DNA of 63,450 bases, filler included, from Octopus bimaculoides (GCF_001194135.2; 8 parts of 7 records of this genome joined end to end with filler, not necessarily neighbours in it); one strand, 5' to 3'. Positions 25,960 through 38,690 are shown, numbered from the whole stretch's first letter. Numbers and translations: made by a program. The notes: generated by a model not told the origin, from the sequence alone.

Positions 25960-27215
25960 ATGTATGTCAGGTCGCTCTTGAGTGCTACTGGTAACATGTA
26001 ATCCAGTACGACTTGTCGCATGGTCGGGTCGTCGGCGACTAAACTGGCAACCCCACCAGGCTTACTTGGTGAGGAGGGTGTCGTTGTACACCCTGCGGGA
26101 TGATAAATAAGACCCGTGAAAGGGCGGATGAACTCCTGAACAGTCAATTTCTTTATTAACGATGAGGTTGAGAAAAAGAGGGGACGATACGAGGACAGAC
26201 AAAACAAGCATTATGTTCAAGGGATCGAATGAGACGAACCGTATGAATAAAAAAAACAATTAAAATATATACAATTAAATGAGAATGAGTGATTTACAAA
26301 AAATGAAGCGGAGAACGCGGTCGACTCCACAAACCACATACTCACACTGAAGACTTTGCTTTGTCTTTTTTATGTTCTCGTTTAGACAGGTTCTTTCACT
26401 CGCAACATGCTACAGACTTCCATCTTTTACGAAACACACTTTGCGACAGGCATTTCTTTTCTAGCCTTATTTTCCGTTTCATATGGAAAACGAAAAAGTC
26501 GATTAGCTCGAGACTGGAGATGAACATACTTGTTGCAATTCCTTTCCCTCTCGTCTTCCAAACAACCTCTTTCGCAATAGCAACTACCGAAAGAAAACAG
26601 GCTCGCTCCTCCCTAGCTAAGGAGGGCGGCGGAACGATCTTAATTACAGATTTGCTTGACAGTTATACTCTTCTCGAATGCGACAGTAGGTGTTCGACAT
26701 AAGCCCAGAGTTCAGTCATCTTGGGGCATTGCACAATCGCGTGCAGGACAAACTGTCCTGCTCGCATCTTGCACAAACCGGCGAAGCCGCACACCCATGT
26801 CTAAAGAGCTTATCTCGAACCGGTAAAGCTCTTCTGTAACATTGCCAGGCCAGGGACTTTTGGTAATTATCCATGGGCCCCGGCCTGAATGTTCTTTGGA
26901 ATAGGTTGACCAGTTGATCTTCGTCGAAACCTAAGGTTTCTTCCAGGACGTCGTTACACTTGAACTCTACCAACCCTCTCTAGAAGAACGAGGTAGTACT
27001 CCCTCCACCGGTGTTGCCCGACTGGGAGAGAAGCACGAGTGCCTGATGGCACTCTGCATGCCACACGTCCAGCCTCGGTCTACACTTGATCCATGGGTCC
27101 AGTTCGGTAAACGGTGTGAACTGTGGAAATAACAGCTTAACGAACGGAGACCACACCTGCTCACCGTCCAGGTAAAGCCAGAGGTGCCTAAGCCTCAGCG
27201 CATGGCTATCCAACA
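25960..27215 (-). mobile_element. 3' part of a Tx1/L1-like LINE
   Basis: KSLAWQCYRRALPVRDKLFRHG...CARC (zf-RVT-like), then FLSVVAIAKEVVWKTR...FHMKRKIR. The 3' UTR has AATAAA near 26150 and ends next to (CATA)n at about 25960. Confidence 0.75.
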
Positions 27216-27504
27216 AAATTTCTGTAAATATGTATATATTTTCTGTTTTTATGTATATTTTTACTTGTATATTTTTACTTTTATATAGATATATATTATT
27301 TTATATCTTTTAATTGCATATCTTTTACTTTTTTTATACAATATTATTCATATGTAATTCTTATTCACACATCGTACCTGTTTTATCTTTCATATATATA
27401 AGTATATTTTTACCTTTATATACATAGTTATATTTATTGCGTATCTTTTACTTATTATATTTATATATAATTCTTATTTACATTTGCAAATCACATATCG
27501 TACC

Positions 27505-30500
27505 TTTTTTTTATGAGATACTCCGTGTCGGTCACCGGAGTGATATTTGATCGCTTTATAGAGTGTTTGAGTGTCGGTTTGGTGTCTGGAATGGAATAGC
27601 TTACCTCATGGGCAGGTAGAAGCTCTTTAACTTTGGTTGGTAATCTACCTAGGAGAAGGAATTCTCCGAAATAAAAGCTGAGGCCTTGGAAGTTCCTGGT
27701 TTTGTCAATTTTCATATCATACCGGCGAAAGTCTTCTTGGGCCAATAGGTGGGGGCAGTGCAATGCAAGCTACACCCACTGAGAATTATTCATCTGCAAA
27801 GGTACTTCCTTTACTCCAAATCTTAGTAAAATCATTCAATTGGTTGGTTGGCAGAAACCTAAAAATGCACTTGTAACTTACTCTAAAATGTCTCAAGCAG
27901 ATTCAGTAAATGGCAAAAAAGGGTTGGGAACGTCAGAGGAACAGGTCTGGCTCGGCAGGTGTCCCAGTGTATCACAGGCTGGACCCGGTCGTCATCCTTC
28001 CACTGTGGTCAAACAATCTTCAAGAAAAAGTAAAAATAAATATTCTTTGAATTTCGGTTGTTGGAATGTGCGCTCACTTCTTGATGATAATTTCAACAAG
28101 AAGCCAGAAAGGCGTACTGCACTTATTGCATGTGAGCTCAATAAATATTCCCTTGATATAGTTGCGCTCTCTGAAACTCGTCTCTCTGGTGAGGGTCAAG
28201 TAAACGAACCTACTTATGGATATACTATCTTTTGGAGAGGCCTACCAAAGGGTCAGCGTAGAGAATCTGGTGTTGGGTTTGCTCTCAAGAAAACATTAGT
28301 ATTCTTCATTGCAGAGCTTCCAAGTGGTATATCTGAGCGGATCATGTCATGCTGTATTAAACTAACAAAAAGTAGGTTTCTTACCGTTGTCAGTATTTAT
28401 ACACCAACAACGTCCCATTCTGATGAAACTGTAGAACAGTTTTATGATGATCTAGCAAAATTATCGACGAAAGCACCAATTTCAGACAAGCTGGTCATAT
28501 TGGGAGATTTCAATACAAGATTTGGAAAGGACTATGTTTCATGGCCTGTTTTAGGTCAACATAGGATTGGAAAATGCAATAAAAAGTGGAGTTGCTGTTT
28601 TCACGTTTCGTACTGAGAATAATCTGGTTGTCCCCAACACTCTGTTTAAGCAGAAAAAAATAATAAAACCACCTGGATGCACCCAAGATCTAAGCACTGG
28701 CATCTCATAGATTATATTCTCATCAGAAAACGGGATATGAAAGACATTTCTAGCGTTCTGGCCATGAGAGGGGCAGAGAGCCGGGCTGACCATCATCTTG
28801 TGCGTGGAAAAATAGATTTTTGGATAATGCCTAAAAATCGGCAGTCTGGTCCTAAGGTATCTAGAAAGTTAGATGTTGCAAACTTTAAATTTGCAAAGAT
28901 TCCACGATGCTATAGAAAGTATCAATCTTGACCCAAACAATATATGGAAAGATTTCAAAACAAAAGTATTTTTGGCTGCAAGTTCGTCAGTGGGATTTAA
29001 ATCGCATACATCCAGTGACTGGTTCTCAGATCAGCAGAAATTCATGATCTACTTTTAGAAAAACAAAACTTAGGCAATGCACTTCTTTCTCAGTCCTTGA
29101 ACCCCAACTCAAACGAAGCTTACAGAAAGCTGAAAAGGAAAGTGCAGACTGCTCTAAGGAAAATTAAACAGTATTGGTGGAATGATAGAGCAAAAGGGGC
29201 GCAAGAAGCAGCTGATAGAAATGATGCCAAGTGTTTGTACTCTTATGTTAAGGAGGTATATGGCCTAAAATCTTCTTCAATAGCTCCAGTGAGACCAGCA
29301 AATAGACGTTTTCTTCTGACTGACACCGCTTCTATTCATAAGAGTTGGGTAGAATATTTTTCTGCACTTTTGAATAGACCATTATCCGTTGACATGAGGA
29401 CGACAGAAACATTGAACATCTTCTAGTTATTAGAAGAGATGACATTTGAACCAACTCTAAATGACATTTATTTAGCTGTGAATAAGCTGAATAACAAGTC
29501 TCCAAGGTTTGACGGAATCTGTGCAGAAGTCTTGAAATATAGGGATGACAAAATGCTTGAATTCTTAAATATATAAATTTGTCACTGTTGGAGAACTGAG
29601 AAAGTGCCTCAAGACTGGATTGATGCCATTTTAGTCTCCTTGTATAAATCGGGACCAAATGATCTGTGTGGTAATTTTCGTGGGATTTCACTTTTATCTG
29701 TGGTTGGAAAGGTACTTGTCCGCATTTTGTTAGAACGTTTAAATACCTTCATAGTTCCAAATATAGTGTTTGAGTCTCAGTGTGGCTTTCGTTCCTCCAG
29801 GGGTACAGCTGATTGTATCTTTACTGTCAGAGAATTCCAATAAAAGTGCATTGAACAGAATCTTGCTCTATACCATTGCTTTGTTGATTTGAGCAAAGCA
29901 TTCGATACTGTTAATCGAAATGTTCTGTGACTAATTCTAAGGAAAATAGGTTACCTAGAAAAATTTGTAAATATGATCAGGGCTTTGCATCAAGATATGA
30001 AAGCTAGAGTTAATTTTAGTGGTAGGCTCTCTGAATCTTTTGCTCTGGAAAATGGAGTAAAGCAAGGAGACCTTGATGCACCCACCCTCTTTGCAATATA
30101 TTTTGCTGTTGTGTTGTCATATGCTTTTCAAAATTCTGAGGAGGGTATTTACATAAAATACCGAACTACAGGGAATGTTTAAATCTGACCAGACTGAAAT
30201 TGAAANNNNNNNNNNNNNNNNNNNNNNNNNNNNNNNNNNNNNNNNNNNNNNNNNNNNNNNNNNNNNNNNNNNNNNNNNNNNNNNNNNNNNNNNNNNNNNN
30301 NNNNNNNNNNNNNNNNNNNNNNNNNNNNNNNNNNNNNNNNNNNNNNNNNNNNNNNNNNNNNNNNNNNNNNNNNNNNNNNNNNNNNNNNNNNNNNNNNNNN
30401 NNNNNNNNNNNNNNNNNNNNNNNNNNNNNNNNNNNNNNNNNNNNNNNNNNNNNNNNNNNNNNNNNNNNNNNNNNNNNNNNNNNNNNNNNNNNNNNNNNNN

Positions 30501-31560
30501 NNNNNNNNNNNNNNNNNNNNNNNNNNNNNNNNNNNNNNNNNNNNNNNNNNNNNNNNNNNNNNNNNNNNNNNNNNNNNNNNNNNNNNNNNNNNNNNNNNNN
30601 NNNNNNNNNNNNNNNNNNNNNNNNNNNNNNNNNNNNNNNNNNNNNNNNNNNNNNNNNNNNNNNNNNNNNNNNNNNNNNNNNNNNNNNNNNNNNNNNNNNN
30701 NNNNNNNNNNNNNNNNNNNNNNNNNNNNNNNNNNNNNNNNNNNNNNNNNNNNNNNNNNNNNNNNNNNNNNNNNNNNNNNNNNNNNNNNNNNNNNNNNNNN
30801 NNNNNNNNNNNNNNNNNNNNNNNNNNNNNNNNNNNNNNNNNNNNNNNNNNNNNNNNNNNNNNNNNNNNNNNNNNNNNNNNNNNNNNNNNNNNNNNNNNNN
30901 NNNNNNNNNNNNNNNNNNNNNNNNNNNNNNNNNNNNNNNNNNNNNNNNNNNNNNNNNNNNNNNNNNNNNNNNNNNNNNNNNNNNNNNNNNNNNNNNNNNN
31001 NNNNNNNNNNNNNNNNNNNNNNNNNNNNNNNNNNNNNNNNNNNNNNNNNNNNNNNNNNNNNNNNNNNNNNNNNNNNNNNNNNNNNNNNNNNNNNNNNNNN
31101 NNNNNNNNNNNNNNNNNNNNNNNNNNNNNNNNNNNNNNNNTGAAGAGGCCAGGATAACACAAGACACAAAAGAGATCTAAGGAAGACTGTAACGATCGAG
31201 AAGGTGAATGACAATGACCTTTTTGTGTGCACAGTCTGTGCTGGCCTCAAATCTCATCTTCGAACGCGTGGAAAAACGAACCTTCACCAACTATTCTGCC
31301 CATATGTCTGTGCACACCTTTAAATGCAGTGTTTACCAGAAGGTTTGCAAATCCAGCGGAGACCTCAAGAGTCATTTTAAGATCCACAAAGAGCAGAACT
31401 TATCTGCAGCTCTTGATGGTCCAAATCGGAGTTGCAATCTATGTGGGTGTTTTTTCATAACGTTGTCTGGTTTTAAAAGCCACATCAGATGCCATGACGG
31501 TGCTAAGGTGTAGGTACAGGAGGTGGTCAAACTCTGCATAAGGAGTGGACAACCACCATG
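27505..31560 (+). mobile_element. Near full-length but inactivated RTE-clade LINE (APE endonuclease, RT, C-terminal C2H2 fingers)
   Basis: APE motifs GCWNVRSL, LSETR, LGDFN, LIDYIL, DHHLV. RT motifs NFRGISLLSVVGK, ESQCGFR, FVDLSKAFD, GVKQGD..PTLF. RTE-type 5' UTR motif ctaggagaaggaa near 27650. Zinc fingers follow a 935-N gap, then a (TATG)n tail. Several stops and frameshifts. Confidence 0.9.
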
Positions 31561-31834
31561 TATGTATGTATGTATGTATGTATGTATGTATGTATGTATG
31601 TATGTGTGTGTGTATGTATGTATGCATGTGTGTATGTATATATGTGTGTACGTCTATGTCTGTGTGTATGTATCTATGTATATATGTATGTATGTCTGTG
31701 TATGTATGTCTGTGTATGTATGTATGTGCATGTCATTATTCAGTTTAGGGCAGAGGTTCTCATCGTAGGTGGTACCAACCCCATGGGGTCGCTGGGCATG
31801 TCGAAGGGTGCGTCAGGCTTTAGGGGTCAGTGAG

Positions 31835-32070
31835 GTAACAATCTTTTGTGCTATAGGCACAAGGCCTGAAATTTTAGGGGAAGGAGCTAGTCTATGTAAT
31901 CGCCTCCAGTGTTCAACTGGTACTTATTTCATCGACCCCGAAAAGATCGAGGAATGAGATGAAAAAAGGAGGTCGATTTCGGAGGAATTTGAACTCAGAT
32001 CGTAAAGATGGACGAAAAGCCGCTAAGCGTGTTACCCGGAGTGCTAACGATTCTGCCATCTCGCTATCTC
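31835..32070 (-). mobile_element. SINE family C
   Basis: tacttatttcatcgaccccgaaa...ggaggaatttgaactcaga...gctaacgattctgcca. Confidence 0.85.
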
Positions 32071-32154
32071 ATCAGGCACAGGGAAGCCATTAATAACTTA
32101 CGATTTATAAAGTACATTTACAGCTTTTGTTTTTATTAATTTTTTATCATTACG

Positions 32155-32461
32155 CTAGGTGCAGGAGTGGCTGTGTGGTAAGTAACTTGCTTACCAGCCA
32201 CATGGTTCCGGGTTCAGTCCCACTGCGTGGCATCTTGGGAGAATGTCTTCTACTATAGCCTCGGGCCAACCAAAGCCTTGTGAGTGGATTTGGTAGACGG
32301 AAACTGAAAGAAGCCCGTCGTATATATGTATATATATGTGTGTGTCTATGTTTGTGTGTCTGTGTTTGTCCCCCTAGCATTGCTTGACAACCGATGCTGC
32401 TGTGTTTATGTCCCCGTCACCTAGCAGTTCGGCAAAAGAAACCGAGAAAATAAGTACTAGG
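32155..32461 (+). mobile_element. SINE family A
   Basis: Head through aaataagtactag, cut by a gap. Confidence 0.88.
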
Positions 32462-33820
32462 NNNNNNNNNNNNNNNNNNNNNNNNNNNNNNNNNNNNNNN
32501 NNNNNNNNNNNNNNNNNNNNNNNNNNNNNNNNNNNNNNNNNNNNNNNNNNNNNNNNNNNNNNNNNNNNNNNNNNNNNNNNNNNNNNNNNNNNNNNNNNNN
32601 NNNNNNNNNNNNNNNNNNNNNNNNNNNNNNNNNNNNNNNNNNNNNNNNNNNNNNNNNNNNNNNNNNNNNNNNNNNNNNNNNNNNNNNNNNNNNNNNNNNN
32701 NNNNNNNNNNNNNNNNNNNNNNNNNNNNNNNNNNNNNNNNNNNNNNNNNNNNNNNNNNNNNNNNNNNNNNNNNNNNNNNNNNNNNNNNNNNNNNNNNNNN
32801 NNNNNNNNNNNNNNNNNNNNNNNNNNNNNNNNNNNNNNNNNNNNNNNNNNNNNNNNNNNNNNNNNNNNNNNNNNNNNNNNNNNNNNNNNNNNNNNNNNNN
32901 NNNNNNNNNNNNNNNNNNNNNNNNNNNNNNNNNNNNNNNNNNNNNNNNNNNNNNNNNNNNNNNNNNNNNNNNNNNNNNNNNNNNNNNNNNNNNNNNNNNN
33001 NNNNNNNNNNNNNNNNNNNNNNNNNNNNNNNNNNNNNNNNNNNNNNNNNNNNNNNNNNNNNNNNNNNNNNNNNNNNNNNNNNNNNNNNNNNNNNNNNNNN
33101 NNNNNNNNNNNNNNNNNNNNNNNNNNNNNNNNNNNNNNNNNNNNNNNNNNNNNNNNNNNNNNNNNNNNNNNNNNNNNNNNNNNNNNNNNNNNNNNNNNNN
33201 NNNNNNNNNNNNNNNNNNNNNNNNNNNNNNNNNNNNNNNNNNNNNNNNNNNNNNNNNNNNNNNNNNNNNNNNNNNNNNNNNNNNNNNNNNNNNNNNNNNN
33301 NNNNNNNNNNNNNNNNNNNNNNNNNNNNNNNNNNNNNNNNNNNNNNNNNNNNNTCGATCAGCAGCACGAACGTATCCGGATTTCAGGGTTATTTCCCTTC
33401 GTCGGCGTTCGACAGCTGATGACCTTGGTGAGAGAGACAAAAACCTGGCAAACCTTATATCTTCTTTTCCAGTGAAATTCTTCACTGATATTGAAAAGGT
33501 GAAAACAAGCAATGTTAATTCTCTAAATGAAGTATTAACAGTAACTGCACGATAAAGTGTAGTATATTTTTAAATAGGAGACAAAGGCAGAGATTCCGCA
33601 GATTCGTTATCTCGCCGAGCAAACTACCGATCAGCATTTCTTCCGGATGTTCTGCTTTCAAATTTGGTTTACGGTGTCGATACAATTACATGCTTGTCAA
33701 GTACTATGGTCGATGTAGTTGATTATCCCTCCCCTAAATTCGCTGGTTTTGTACCTATATAAGAAAGGATTTGAATAGGAAACAGGTACTACAAAAACCT
33801 GTACAGATGGATCTATCGCC

Positions 33821-33928
33821 GGCGAAAGTAAAGAATACGTACACCCAGTCTTTAGGGTTTGGATTAGGGTTAGGGTTACGTTTTTGTTACGCCGAAAACG
33901 GGTGGTGTACGTATTCTTAACCTCCGCC
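33821..33928. mobile_element. 108-bp MITE with 25-bp TIRs and perfect 9-bp TSD
   Basis: TIRs ggcgaaagtaaagaatacgtacacc and the reverse complement ggcggaggttaagaatacgtacacc match 22/25. TCTATCGCC lies at 33812-33820 and 33929-33937. Confidence 0.85.
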
Positions 33929-36638
33929 TCTATCGCCTCCTACCGCGCCTTCCTCCTTTGGCCCAGTTATAAACTTTTCCACCTACTTCTCGTAGGATCT
34001 GTATCACCCACTTGGAGAAGAGCTATGATGGAAGAAAATGGTTATTTTTATATTAGGTCATTGTTTGTGGTGGATAGAATTAATCATCGATTAGGATCAA
34101 ACAGTTAAAGATGAATATGCACAGACAAAAAAACAGACCCCCCAAAAACGGAAAGAATGGTTAAAATGCATGGATACAATATTAGCGACATTATATAATG
34201 TATATTCATTTCGTTGTTGTGGAAGGGCGACTAAAAACAGGAAACAAGCTGATCGCACATGGTGGCCTCTCACACACATACATACTATATATATATATAT
34301 ATATATATATATNNNNNNNNNNNNNNNNNNNNNNNNNNNNNNNNNNNNNNNNNNNNTTAATTAATTAANNNNNNNNNNNNNNNNNNNNNNNNNNNNNNNN
34401 NNNNNNNNNNNNGGAGTATAGTTCCATTCCAACAGTAAACATCCATGTATAGAATCCGTGTGAGTATTTTCTAGTGATAATTATAGCTGCATTGGAGGAT
34501 ATATATCATTTCGTAACCCGTTTACTCTGTGCGTTGTTTACTTAAAGGACATTGTGAGACAGACTATTTACTAATGTAACAGTGGTTTATCTCATAAAGT
34601 ATCACTGGAAAAATGTAGAAAAAAATAGAGAATTGTCACGTATAGAATGGTTGAGCTTCACCTATAGTGAAATGGGAGGGAATGTAGAAGCAATTAACAT
34701 CTTTGAAACCAGTTGAACCTCACAGAATATCTTTTCTATAACCGTGCCAAAACGCCAAGCCAATAATACACAGAATCTATGATGGTTGTGTTTTTCCGTG
34801 TTTTAATAATGTTTTCTGATTTGTTGTATATGTTTTTGATATGTGTATACGCACACAAAACACACGCACACACTTTTAATTTATTCTTCAATTTAATTGT
34901 TTAATTTATTAATTAATAACCATCTTGGTTTTACTCTTAGTTAAAAATGTAGAAAAGACTGAAACCGGTACTAACTGTTACAAAATGTATTTCATGATAA
35001 AATTATTTTAGCATTTTCTACCTTGTCTTATTTTCCTTATACATATCAAATTTGTCGTTACTTTTCAACATTCTACATATACAAGCATATACTTACATGT
35101 ATATATATATATATATAANNNNNNNNNNNNNNNNNNNNNNNNNNNNNNNNNNNNNNNNNNNNNNNNNNNNNNNNNNNNNNNNNNNNNNNNNNNNNNNNNN
35201 NNNNNNNNNNNNNNNNNNNNNNNNNNNNNNNNNNNNNNNNNNNNNNNNNNNNNNNNNNNNNNNNNNNNNNNNNNNNNNNNNNNNNNNNNNNNNNNNNNNN
35301 NNNNNNNNNNNNNNNNNNNNNNNNNNNNNNNNNNNNNNNNNNNNNNNNNNNNNNNNNNNNNNNNNNNNNNNNNNNNNNNNNNNNNNNNNNNNNNNNNNNN
35401 NNNNNNNNNNNNNNNNNNNNNNNNNNNNNNNNNNNNNNNNNNNNNNNNNNNNNNNNNNNNNNNNNNNNNNNNNNNNNNNNNNNNNNNNNNNNNNNNNNNN
35501 NNNNNNNNNNNNNNNNNNNNNNNNNNNNNNNNNNNNNNNNNNNNNNNNNNNNNNNNNNNNNNNNNNNNNNNNNNNNNNNNNNNNNNNNNNNNNNNNNNNN
35601 NNNNNNNNNNNNNNNNNNNNNNNNNNNNNNNNNNNNNNNNNNNNNNNNNNNNNNNNNNNNNNNNNNNNNNNNNNNNNNNNNNNNNNNNNNNNNNNNNNNN
35701 NNNNNNNNNNNNNNNNNNNNNNNNNNNNNNNNNNNNNNNNNNNNNNNNNNNNNNNNNNNNNNNNNNNNNNNNNNNNNNNNNNNNNNNNNNNNNNNNNNNN
35801 NNNNNNNNNNNNNNNNNNNNNNNNNNNNNNNNNNNNNNNNNNNNNNNNNAAGCGCGTATATGCATAAGTATGAGAACGAATATGTGTGTCATTCTTGCCT
35901 TGTGTCTTTTGTTTTAAACTTCTGGTAAGCAATTTTACTGAAGAGAAAATTATTTATCGGCTGGTGGTAAAATAGCTGCGGCGCTGGCGATGGCTTTAGA
36001 TGTAGTTGTTTTTGCAGTGGCTGTTGTTGTGATTTTATTGTTAAAGCGTTGCAGTAGATTCGTTATTGTTGTTGTAAAGATAGCTGTGGTAGTTGCTGTT
36101 GTTGTCGTGGTGAATGCTGTCAATGTTATTACTAGTAGTAGTAGAGGTAGTAGTAGTTATTGCGACTTGCATCGGTTGTTGTATTCGTTGTCATTGATGG
36201 TACTATAGAGACTAATTGTGGTGCGGTTTAGGGGGGCGTTGGTGACAGATTTAAATTAGCATATATATTAGTTCATTAAGACAGGTAGAGACGGGAGGAA
36301 TGGTTTTTGGTGACATTTCATCAATAAAACGTGTTCCTGTCTGTGTCCAACAATTTCAAAGTATGTATATANNNNNNNNNNNNNNNNNNNNNNNNNNNNN
36401 NNNNNNNNNNNNNNNTTAATTAATTAANNNNNNNNNNNNNNNNNNNNNNNNNNNNNNNNNNNNNNNNNNNNGCAATATCGTCACACTTTCTTGGTTAATC
36501 TCCATCGCTGTGTTCTTGTATCTCACCAAAAAATATGAAAACTATTTAAAATCTCTGATAAAAGATGCGTCGATTTATAATCTTAAAACTCTTGTATGAT
36601 TATCTGTATAACTGTCTATTCATTTGTCTGTCTATCTT

Positions 36639-36706
<68 letters not shown>

Positions 36707-36856
36707 ACTGTATGTCTGTCTGTCTGTCTATCTGTCTGTCTAACTGTATATCTATCTGTCTCGCTATTTGTCANNNNNNNNNNTTGTCTGTCTGTCTATC
36801 CTTCAATTTATCTCGCTACAAAGATATATAGACATGTGCAAATGCATACATATACT

Positions 36857-37110
36857 GGAGGCGTGTGATTTAGTGGTTACGGTGTTGGACTCCTGATCGT
36901 AAGATTGTGGTTTCGATTCCTTGACCGGGCGATGCGATGTGTTCTTCAGCAAAGTATTTCATTTCACGTTGCTGCAGTCCGCCCAACTGGCAAAAACGTG
37001 TAAACCTGCAACGGATTGGCGTCCCATCCTGCTGGGCAATATATACACCGGGAAAGTACACCTAATGAGTCGGCATGATTCGAGAAGGTAACTATACATT
37101 TACCTTTTAT
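36857..37110 (+). mobile_element. tRNA-derived SINE
   Basis: ggaggcgtgtgatttagtggtta A box, ggtttcgattcc B box, tttcatttcacgttgctgcag body. Confidence 0.75.
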
Positions 37111-38099
37111 ACATATACTCTATACATACGCATATATATGTATGTTTATATGTATATTAAATTTAATGACATTCGAGTACAACCTGTAGATATTTTAATA
37201 CACACTATGTGAGTACATAATTATTAAATTTACATAAACTGGGTGAGGTATTTATGTATGTGCGTATCTTCATATATATATCTACATATACACGCATAAA
37301 GTTATATCTGTGTATATATAATTCGACCTACATACATATCGTTATGCGTTTTAAAAAGTCTGTTTGCATATCTTATTTATTTATCAATCTATCTGACTAT
37401 CAGTCTTGCTGTCCATTTAACTGCCTGTCTATCCACCTAGTCATCGAAATAGCCTTTAAATTCACTTCATGTAGGAAGTTCCCAAATCCCTCATTTATTA
37501 ATTCATTGTGCTCTACCTTATGTCATGATTCTCTTTCATCAATCTCTCGTTTCTTGACGTCTTTATTAACTAACTCTCTCATGCTCATGCGTTAATCTGT
37601 GAAGCATTAATATATATACATATATATATATATATATANNNNNNNNNNNNNNNNNNNNNNNNNNNNNNNNNNNNNNNNNNNNNNNNNNNNNNNNNNNNNN
37701 NNNNNNNNNNNNNNNNNNNNNNNNNNNNNNNNNNNNNNNNNNNNNNNNNNNNNNNNNNNNNNNNNNNNNNNNNNNNNNNNNNNNNNNNNNNNNNNNNNNN
37801 NNNNNNNNNNNNNNNNNNNNNNNNNNNNNNNNNNNNNNNNNNNNNNNNNNNNNNNNNNNNNNNNNNNNNNNNNNNNNNNNNNNNNNNNNNNNNNNNNNNN
37901 NNNNNNNNNNNNNNNNNNNNNNNNNNNNNNNNNNNNNNNNNNNNNNNNNNNNNNNNNNNNNNNNNNNNNNNNNNNNNNNNNNNNNNNNNNNNNNNNNNNN
38001 NNNNNNNNNNNNNNNNNNNNNNNNNNNNNNNNNNNNNNNNNNNNNNNNNNNNNNNNNNNNNCCTTGAACTCTGCTGTGCAGGCACACTACGTTTCAACG

Positions 38100-38690
38100 T
38101 TCTACCTCAATTCCGCTATTGACAGCAGTGCTTAGAAGGAAGGTATGTAGCGTGTGATCGTCACAATGACCAATGACAGAAAGTGGAGTGGAGAATCTGC
38201 ATCAAATTTTGTCAAAAGCCTGGCGATACCTGCTCAGAGTTTTCAGAAAGTTTTCATCGGTTTCGGAACAATCAAGGAGATTTTGTACAACTGAAACCCG
38301 AGTATTTCTTCGTCATACGGAAACCTTCAGTGATAATAGACTGAACTGAACCGTAACTAATCTGCACATCCTCTGATAACTCACTGATGGCATTCGTGAT
38401 TTTATGATGTCTCCTCACAATTGTACGCACATCTGCAATGTTTTTCTCAGTTCTGCTGGTTGCAGGTCTCCTAGAACTTTCGTCAATATCGACATTTTTT
38501 CGGCCATCTTGGAAACGTCTGAACCATTCGTACACTTGTGTGCGGTTCATACACTCCTCTCCATAAACTTTCTGAAAATTTGCGTAGGCCCCTGAATAGG
38601 TATCACCATGACAACTTACACTATCATAGTCAATGTGACAATCGCACGCTACACACCTCCCTGCGCTGGTGATGGTGTGTTGATAGCGAA
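38100..38690. mobile_element. Two convergent 5' portions of a mariner element
   Basis: Plus copy: ATG at 38173, ...RICIKFCQKPGDTCSE. Minus copy: AYANFQKVYGEECMNRTQVYEWFRRFQDGRKNVDIDESSRRPATSR (HTH domain). Confidence 0.85.

Noticed and set aside
31751-31830. hAT-like end cagaggttctca
   Set aside because: Only one degenerate terminus is visible and no partner TIR was found.
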